Position numbers and translations under genes: made by a program. 64,000 nt of DNA from Acidimicrobiia bacterium (GTDB taxonomy: Bacteria > Actinomycetota > Acidimicrobiia > IMCC26256 > JANYLB01), in the NCBI GenBank assembly GCA_035646535.1, contig DASRPD010000098.1, positions 33,827 to 97,826 of the forward strand, read 5' to 3'. Each line of letters starts with the position of its first letter. Within the stretch, counting starts at the first letter, position 1. This document shows, one piece after another, positions 58,292 through 64,000 of this stretch. The notes beneath the pieces are model-generated. The model saw only the letters and a program-made list of their open reading frames with translations. It was not told the DNA's origin and ran no database searches.

Positions 58292-59848
58292 TCAGACGGA
58301 CGAGGGCTCCCGCGCCTCGAGCGGCTGCTCCGCGGCCCGGCCTGCCGGTAGGAACAGCGACGCGAGAAGCGCTATGCCCATCACGGCCGCCATGACGAAG
58401 AACACCACGCGGCACGATTGCGCGAAGTCGAGCTGCACGGCTTCGTAGAGCTTCTGCGCGGCCGCGCCTTTGCCCCCGAACCCCGAAGGTGCGCCGCCGG
58501 CCGACTGCGACAAGGCGCTCGCGACCTCATCGGCGCGGCTCTTCGAGAGACCCAGGTCGCCGAGCGACGACTCGACCTGCGACCGGTTCACCGAGATGAG
58601 GATCGTGCCGAGCACGGCCATCCCGAGGCTGGACCCGAAGTTGCGGACGGTCTGGGTGATGCCGGTCGCCTCTCCGTAGCTCAAGCGCGGCGCGCGGTTG
58701 AGCGCGTCGGTGTTCGCCGGGCTCAACATCAGACCGATGCCCGCGCCGGCGAGGACGATGAACGGCCACTGCGAGCCCAGGGACAGGTCGGTGAGCTTCC
58801 ATGCCCACAGGCCGAAACCCACCGCGGCGACGAGGTTGCCGAGGATGACTGCCGGGCGTGCCCCGACCTTGTCGAGGATGCGGCCGCCCACCTGCGAAGC
58901 AGGTGCGAAACCGGCGAAGAACACCAGGAGGTACAGGCCCGCGCTCGATGCTGAGTATCCGAGCGATATCTGGGAGTACATGCTCGCGAAGAAGAAGACC
59001 GGCACGAACGCGATCATCGAGATGAACAGCACGACGTTGTCGACGAAGAACGAACGACTGGCGAAGATGCGCATCTCGATGAGCGGCGACCTCGTGGCCA
59101 GCTCGACAACCACGAACACCACGAGAAGGGCCAGCCCACCGGCGATGCAGCCCCAGGTGGCCGGATTCGACCACCCCCATACGCTCGCCTGCTGCAGACC
59201 GAGGACGCTGATGCCCATGCCCGCGGCGATGAGGATCGCGCCGCGGAGGTCGAGGGGGGCTCGCTCGTAGCTGTCGTCGGGCTTGGACATCACCGTGAGG
59301 ACGAGCGCAATGATGCCGACTGGGACGTTGACCCAGAAGATCGCGCGCCAGTCCCACTCGCTGAGGAAGCCCCCCGCGAGTGGTCCGACCGACGTCAGGC
59401 CGCCGGCGACCGCGAAGAACACGGCAAGCGCGCGGCCGCGCTCTCGCACCGGGAACGCGCTCACCACGATCGCCAGGGCGGCCGGGTACATGATCGCCGC
59501 GCCTGCGCCCTGGACGACTCGGAACGTCACGATCCACCCCTCGGCGATGTCACCGGTGGGCGTGAGTCCACACATGATCGATGCCGAGACGAAGATGATC
59601 ATGCCGACGAACACCATCTTGCGGTGGCCGAGGGTGTCGGAGAGCCGGCCTCCCAGCGCGAACAGCGCCGCGAGCGCGAGCAGGTAGCCGTTCACGATCC
59701 ACTGCACGCCGGTCGCCGAGAGCGCGAGCTCCTTCTGAATCTCCGGAACCGCGATCGAGACGATCGTCATGTCGATCGAGGTCATCGCCACGGCAAAGAT
59801 CATCGCGACCAAGACGAGCTGTTTGCGAGGGTTCGCGGTCGTGGCCAA
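58292..59848 (-). CDS. MFS transporter (DHA2/EmrB-like, about 14 TMS)
   Basis: 518-aa ORF. MTIVSIAVPEIQKELALSATGVQWIVNGYLLALAALFALGGRLSDTLGHRK is the typical DHA2 N-terminus. It is hydrophobic throughout. Confidence 0.85.
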   Translation of the reverse strand: MATTANPRKQLVLVAMIFAVAMTSIDMTIVSIAVPEIQKELALSATGVQWIVNGYLLALAALFALGGRLSDTLGHRKMVFVGMIIFVSASIMCGLTPTGDIAEGWIVTFRVVQGAGAAIMYPAALAIVVSAFPVRERGRALAVFFAVAGGLTSVGPLAGGFLSEWDWRAIFWVNVPVGIIALVLTVMSKPDDSYERAPLDLRGAILIAAGMGISVLGLQQASVWGWSNPATWGCIAGGLALLVVFVVVELATRSPLIEMRIFASRSFFVDNVVLFISMIAFVPVFFFASMYSQISLGYSASSAGLYLLVFFAGFAPASQVGGRILDKVGARPAVILGNLVAAVGFGLWAWKLTDLSLGSQWPFIVLAGAGIGLMLSPANTDALNRAPRLSYGEATGITQTVRNFGSSLGMAVLGTILISVNRSQVESSLGDLGLSKSRADEVASALSQSAGGAPSGFGGKGAAAQKLYEAVQLDFAQSCRVVFFVMAAVMGIALLASLFLPAGRAAEQPLEAREPSSV

Positions 59849-59877
59849 GGTGGCGCTCCTCTGTGTCAGCCGGGACG

Positions 59878-60825
59878 CTAAGGCCGGCGCGCGGGACCGA
59901 CGGGGATGTCCAATGGGTCGAGAACCAGGCCGCGTAGGACGAACACGTACGTCGCCATACCCACGACCAGGAGGCCGAAGATGGCCGACGCGGACGCGAA
60001 GTACGCGGTGTCGACGTCGATCGCGTCGAGCCGGTCGAAACGGATGGCGATGGCGACGACCGCGGTTCCCACGAACGCGACGCCGAGGGCGATCGCGCCG
60101 AGGATCGCGACCACCGGACTGATGAGTGCGCGGCGCGACGGCTCGTCGGGCATCACCGCCGTGTCACCGCCATGGCGCCGCACCAGCCACGCCGACGCGA
60201 GCGATACCCACATGATCACCAGGAGGTAGCTGCCGAGCACGTCACTCGGTCGATGCCAGCCGGTGATGAGGACACCTTCACCGATCGCGAGTGCGTAGGC
60301 GCCGCCCGCCACCGCGACGACCCCGCGAGCCCGCCGGGGCGCCACCATCACGGCCGCCAGGGCCAGCGACGCCGCCACCGCGGTATGCCCGCTCGGGAAT
60401 GATGCAACGTCGCTCGTGCCGTCCGGGGGTATCAGCAACGGGCGGGTGAGGATCACTCGCTTGAGCACCTCCGCGGTGACGTCGGAGACGCCGATGACCA
60501 GCGCGGCGGCGACCGCGAGGTGCCCGCGCCCTCGGGCGAACGCGATCAGGACGATCGCGCCGCCGACGAGAGCGATGGATCCGACGTTGATCGTAGCGAG
60601 CACGGTCTTGGTGGCGTCCTGGACACGCGGTCGGTCGACTCGCACCTGGCGCTCGAGCGTGGCGGCATCGAGTCGTTGTCCCCACGCGGTCCGGACGGCC
60701 ACCGTGTAGAGGGCCGCGAACACCACGAGCGCGACAACGGCCAGTGCGACGAGCTGGTGCGTGCGCCGGCGCGCCGCGACCGGCGTGTCAGAGGCGACTG
60801 ATGTGTCGTGCACCGCGGCCATCAT
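59878..60825 (-). CDS. PAP2-family membrane phosphatase
   Basis: Start at MMAAVHD (ATG 60825). The PAP2 motifs KRVILTRP, PSGH and HRPSD are present. There are multiple TMS. It lies 29 nt upstream of the MFS gene. Confidence 0.75.
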   Translation of the reverse strand: MMAAVHDTSVASDTPVAARRRTHQLVALAVVALVVFAALYTVAVRTAWGQRLDAATLERQVRVDRPRVQDATKTVLATINVGSIALVGGAIVLIAFARGRGHLAVAAALVIGVSDVTAEVLKRVILTRPLLIPPDGTSDVASFPSGHTAVAASLALAAVMVAPRRARGVVAVAGGAYALAIGEGVLITGWHRPSDVLGSYLLVIMWVSLASAWLVRRHGGDTAVMPDEPSRRALISPVVAILGAIALGVAFVGTAVVAIAIRFDRLDAIDVDTAYFASASAIFGLLVVGMATYVFVLRGLVLDPLDIPVGPARRP

Positions 60826-60863
60826 GTTGCGTCGGCGATCGCCATCGCTGGATACTGGCCGGC

Positions 60864-62057
60864 ATGGAGTTCGATCCGTTCTCGAGCGACTTCTTCGACG
60901 ACCCGTACGAGACCTATCGCTGGCTGCGTGATCATGCTCCGGTGTACCGCAACGAGCGGTACGGCTTCTGGGCACTGTCGCGCTACGACGACGTCGTTGC
61001 GGCCCACCGTGACTGGGAGACGTTCAGCAGCTCGCACGGGGTCACGATCGACCAGCTCATCGACGAGCGGCGTACGACGGTCGACGAGAGCATCATCTTC
61101 CTCGACCCCCCGGAGCACGAGCGGCTTCGGCGACTCGTGAGTCGTGTCTTCACGCCGAAGGCGATGGCCGATCTCGAGCCGCTCGTGCGCACTCTCGTCC
61201 GCGGTCATGCCGACGCGATCGGCGATGCCACGTCGTTCGATCTGGTGGCGGACTTGGCGGCGCCCTTTCCCGTGGAGGTGATCTCCACGATCCTCGGCGT
61301 GCCCGAACCGGACCGCCAGCAGATCCGGCACTGGGCCGACGAGATGCTGCGCCGCGAGCCCGACAACCCCCAGCCGACGCAGGCGGGCATGGAGGCCGGG
61401 CTCCACATGATTGCCTACCTCCTCGATCTCACCGCCGAGAAACGCGCCCATCCGACCGACGACATGCTCAGCCAGCTCATCCTTGCCGACGTTCCCGATG
61501 ACGACGGAGGCACCTACCGCCTCACCGACGGGGAGGTGGCGTCCTTCGGCACGCTGCTCGCCGCAGCGGGCAGCGAGACCGTGACCAAGCTGATCGGCAG
61601 CGGGGCCGTCCTCTTCGCGCAACACCCCGATCAGTGGGAGAAGGTGCTGGCCGATCCGGACGCGCTCGGCGGCGCGATCGAAGAGATACTGCGCTACTGG
61701 GCGCCGTCGCAGTACCAAGGTCGCTTCACCCATTCGGCGGTGACGCTGCACGGCGTGACGATCCCTGCGGATTCTCCGGTGCTGTTGATCACGGGCGCGG
61801 CGAACCACGACGAGCGGGCCTACGCGGACCCGGATCGATTCGACATCGACCGGCCGTTGCAACTGTCGTTGGGGTTCGGCCACGGCATCCATTCCTGTCT
61901 CGGCGCGGCGCTGGCGCGACTGGAGAGCCGGGTCGCGTTCGAGGAGATTCGACAACGGTGGCCCCGCTACACGATCGACGAGGCGGGCCTCCGCCGGGTG
62001 CAGATGGCCAACGTGGCCGGCTTCTGCAACGTGCCGGCTCGTTCCGGGCCGAGCTGA
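60864..62057 (+). CDS. cytochrome P450
   Basis: Start at MEFDPFSSDFFDDPYETYRWLRD (ATG 60864). It has AAGSETV, EEILRY and FGHGIHSCLGAALARLE. Confidence 0.9.
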   Translation: MEFDPFSSDFFDDPYETYRWLRDHAPVYRNERYGFWALSRYDDVVAAHRDWETFSSSHGVTIDQLIDERRTTVDESIIFLDPPEHERLRRLVSRVFTPKAMADLEPLVRTLVRGHADAIGDATSFDLVADLAAPFPVEVISTILGVPEPDRQQIRHWADEMLRREPDNPQPTQAGMEAGLHMIAYLLDLTAEKRAHPTDDMLSQLILADVPDDDGGTYRLTDGEVASFGTLLAAAGSETVTKLIGSGAVLFAQHPDQWEKVLADPDALGGAIEEILRYWAPSQYQGRFTHSAVTLHGVTIPADSPVLLITGAANHDERAYADPDRFDIDRPLQLSLGFGHGIHSCLGAALARLESRVAFEEIRQRWPRYTIDEAGLRRVQMANVAGFCNVPARSGPS

Positions 62058-62101
62058 CCGACGCCGGCAGGCTTGGCCGAGCCAGACCCGCGACCGGAGC
62101 C

Positions 62102-62371
62102 TCAGCCGAAGATCCCCCAGAGGATCACGCCGACGTACATCGCGGCGAGGAGCCCCAACCCGCCGACGACCAGCACCTGGGCGATCTTCTTCTGGCGTCC
62201 ACCGCGACGGTTGATGCCGACCACGAAGCGCTGGAGCCTCTCGATCTGGCCCTCGAAGGTGAACGCCGCGTTCTCGGGGTCGGGCGATGGTCCCGGTGGC
62301 GCCTCTTCCGAGCTGTCCGACCCGTCAGGGCGAGAAGTGCCGTTGTCTTCGGCCGCGGGCTCGGGGTCCAC
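62102..62371 (-). CDS. small C-terminally membrane-anchored hypothetical protein
   Basis: The C-terminus reads ..FEGQIERLQRFVVGINRRGGRQKKIAQVLVVGGLGLLAAMYVGVILWGIFG. The start is uncertain. GTG 62371 is chosen so the gene does not overlap the DUF3039 gene. Confidence 0.4.
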   Translation of the reverse strand: MDPEPAAEDNGTSRPDGSDSSEEAPPGPSPDPENAAFTFEGQIERLQRFVVGINRRGGRQKKIAQVLVVGGLGLLAAMYVGVILWGIFG

Positions 62372-62433
62372 GGCCGCATCGTAGGCCCCGAGCCGGTGGA
62401 CGCCTGCGGCGGGGGTGGCGCTACGCTCGATGT

Positions 62434-62691
62434 GTGCCCGCGCAGACTGCAACTCCGGTCGAGACACCCACGGAGGCGCCCGTCGCGCGTCCTGTCCCGG
62501 TCGAAACCGATGGTGGTGAGCACGACCGGTTCGCCCATTACTGTCGCAAGGACGACATCGTGCGGGCAACCGTCACCGGCGAAGCCATCACCGCATTGTG
62601 CGGCAAGAAGTGGGTGCCGGTGCGCGACCCGTCGTCGTACCCGATCTGTCCGACCTGCAAGGAGCGCAAGGCCGCCGGCTGGACGCTCTGA
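62434..62691 (+). CDS. DUF3039-family protein (conserved actinobacterial)
   Basis: GGEHDRFAHYCRKDDIVRATVTGEAITALCGKKWVPVRDPSSYPICPTCKE is the hallmark DUF3039 block. The GTG 62434 start is a guess. Confidence 0.7.
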   Translation: MPAQTATPVETPTEAPVARPVPVETDGGEHDRFAHYCRKDDIVRATVTGEAITALCGKKWVPVRDPSSYPICPTCKERKAAGWTL

Positions 62692-62731
62692 TCCGCCGAT
62701 CCGCGTCGTGGCTGCACTACGGTCGCCGTTC

Positions 62732-63127
62732 GTGGGCGGAGCGTGCGTACGGCAGTTCTGTTCGGCCGTCGCGGCCGTACGGGTGGACTTCGATGGCCGC
62801 GCCCGTGTCGTGTGGATCGATGATCTCGGTGAGGGTCGGCCGGCGGCCGCCATGTGCCTGTGCCGGCATCACGCCGACACACTCCGGCCGCCCCGCAACT
62901 GGGAACTTCGTGATCTCCGGCCCTCGGGAGCTCCTGAGCCGCCCGAGCTGCGCGAACCGGCGGCGACGGCTGAGCCGGTGCCGACGGTCTCCTTCGATGC
63001 TCCGCCCACGCCGGCGATCGAGGAGCCCGTTGCCGGCTGGTCGCCCCGACTCTTCGCCTCAGTCGACGCCGGCCCCGTGCTCGACGCGAGATCGCCGCTG
63101 CTGAGCCGCGCGTTTCGCGGCATCTGA
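62732..63127 (+). CDS. DUF3499-family protein (conserved actinobacterial)
   Basis: This is the last 131 codons of the 497-aa track ORF: CVRQFCSAVAAVRVDFDGRARVVWIDDLGEGRPAAAMCLCRHHADTLRPPRNWELRDLR. It fits the C..C...A..tl.........LC..Ha..l..P.gW pattern. Confidence 0.6.
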   Translation: MGGACVRQFCSAVAAVRVDFDGRARVVWIDDLGEGRPAAAMCLCRHHADTLRPPRNWELRDLRPSGAPEPPELREPAATAEPVPTVSFDAPPTPAIEEPVAGWSPRLFASVDAGPVLDARSPLLSRAFRGI

Positions 63128-63205
63128 GCCGCGGGAGACACCTCACGCGCGTACGCGAGACTGGGCGACCTTCAGAAGGCTGCCCATGCATGCCGATTCA
63201 AATCC

Positions 63206-64000
63206 GTGAGATCTCGCGGGTTGCTCGGGGCTCTGTGCCTCATCGTCGCCCTTGTCACCGGCGTTGCCGTCGGTGGCCTGGGCGCGCGCGCCGGTGCGGC
63301 GCCCGGGGCAGCGTCGCAGCCTGCCGACGTCGGCGCCCGCGTGGCCCGCCTCGAGGCCGCGCTCGCGAGCGCCGAGGCGAATGCTCTGGCCATGGCAGCG
63401 CAACGAGATCGCACCGAAGCCGAGCTCCAGATCGCGCGTACTGAGCGCGGCCGGGCCGAGACCCGCTTGGCCGAGCTCGATCTCGCCCGCGCCCAGGCCG
63501 AAGACGAGCTCGAGCTCGCGGAGGACCGAGTGGCCGAGGTTGTGCGGTTGGCGTACGTCGGTGGCGGTGACGGCGTGGCGTTGCTCGCGGACTTCTTGGG
63601 CTCGGCCGACGCGACCGAGCTGGAACGTCGGAGGGTTCTGACGCGCAGCGTCGGCGACTCCCACGAGCAAGCCGTGCGTGACCTTCGTGCAGCTCGGCGC
63701 CAGGCTCGCCGCGCGGCAGCCGACGCGGAGGCGGCCCGTGAGGAGGTCGACCGGCGGGTTCGTCAGCTCGAGGACGGGCTGGCGGAGGCCACGGGAGCCG
63801 CGACGAGAGCGGAGACCGCCGCCTCCGTCGCCCGGTTCCAGTACGACCGGTGGGCTTCGGTGCGGTTCGGCCCGGCTACGCCGATCCTGGGCGTGTCGCG
63901 TCTCACCGGCCGAGAGCTCGCCCGCTGGTTCCGCGCCGAGCATCACAGCGCGCGCACGACAGTGTCTATCGACGAGCTGGCACAGATCTTCATCGAGGAA
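63206..64000 (+). CDS. secreted coiled-coil protein, probably the N-terminal part of a cell-wall hydrolase; continues beyond the window
   Basis: GTG 63206 gives VRSRGLLGALCLIVALVTGVAVGGLGARAGA (signal peptide). Long Ala/Glu/Arg coiled-coil heptads follow, then ..GPATPILGVSRLTGRELARWFRAE..SIDELAQIFIEE, which resembles the entry to a glucosaminidase/muramidase-type domain. It is absent from the ORF track because there is no stop in the window. Confidence 0.6.
   Translation, partial: MRSRGLLGALCLIVALVTGVAVGGLGARAGAAPGAASQPADVGARVARLEAALASAEANALAMAAQRDRTEAELQIARTERGRAETRLAELDLARAQAEDELELAEDRVAEVVRLAYVGGGDGVALLADFLGSADATELERRRVLTRSVGDSHEQAVRDLRAARRQARRAAADAEAAREEVDRRVRQLEDGLAEATGAATRAETAASVARFQYDRWASVRFGPATPILGVSRLTGRELARWFRAEHHSARTTVSIDELAQIFIEE

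Noticed and set aside
61634-63127. 497-aa plus-strand ORF taken at face value
   Set aside because: It is a composite. The first ~365 codons run out of frame through the P450 3' end, the intergenic DNA and the DUF3039 gene. Only the last ~131 codons (DUF3499 block) look real.
63143-63946. 267-aa minus-strand ORF
   Set aside because: It is antisense to the signal-peptide/coiled-coil gene starting at 63206, whose heptad-rich Ala/Glu/Arg sequence and signal peptide are far more protein-like.

Overview
This is a very GC-rich 64-kb chromosomal segment; third codon positions are almost all G/C. The gene content looks like a high-GC Gram-positive (Actinomycetota-type): a mycothiol-type MDMPI/DinB protein, LLM-class oxidoreductases, a PASTA Ser/Thr kinase, an LAxTG-type surface protein and DUF3039/DUF3499 signature genes. 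I can support about 75 protein-coding genes or gene remnants. I recognise no rRNA, tRNA, CRISPR array, integrase or transposase. The layout falls into four zones. (i) 0-10.4 kb holds mixed redox and acyl-CoA genes, including an unassigned, translationally coupled three-gene cassette (CGSC-motif protein, unknown 347-aa protein, NifU-C-like protein). (ii) 10.4-25.6 kb looks plastic and accessory. It carries four toxin-antitoxin-like modules, a SWIM zinc-finger protein and at least seven decayed genes. It ends in a frameshifted SARP/AfsR-type regulator that faces a DUF1326-DUF2182 pair across an intergenic region with 11-bp-phased heptamer repeats. (iii) 28.7-52.5 kb is a dense catabolic supercluster: hydantoinase A/B, family III CoA-transferase, two AMP-ligases, three crotonases, two P450s, two amidohydrolase-2 paralogs, a 2OG oxygenase, a cupin, and embedded TetR and MarR regulators. 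Many of its gene junctions are 4-nt start/stop overlaps. (iv) 52.5-64 kb holds the kinase and surface protein, a cysteine-free HMG-CoA-synthase-like::DUF35 fusion next to an SCP-x-type thiolase, cspA, PAP2/MFS genes, a third P450 and conserved actinobacterial small proteins. All function calls rest on motif-level reading of the translated ORFs. DUF and family names are recollections, and no database search could be run. Many long ORFs in the track are antisense or GC-artefact frames and were discarded.
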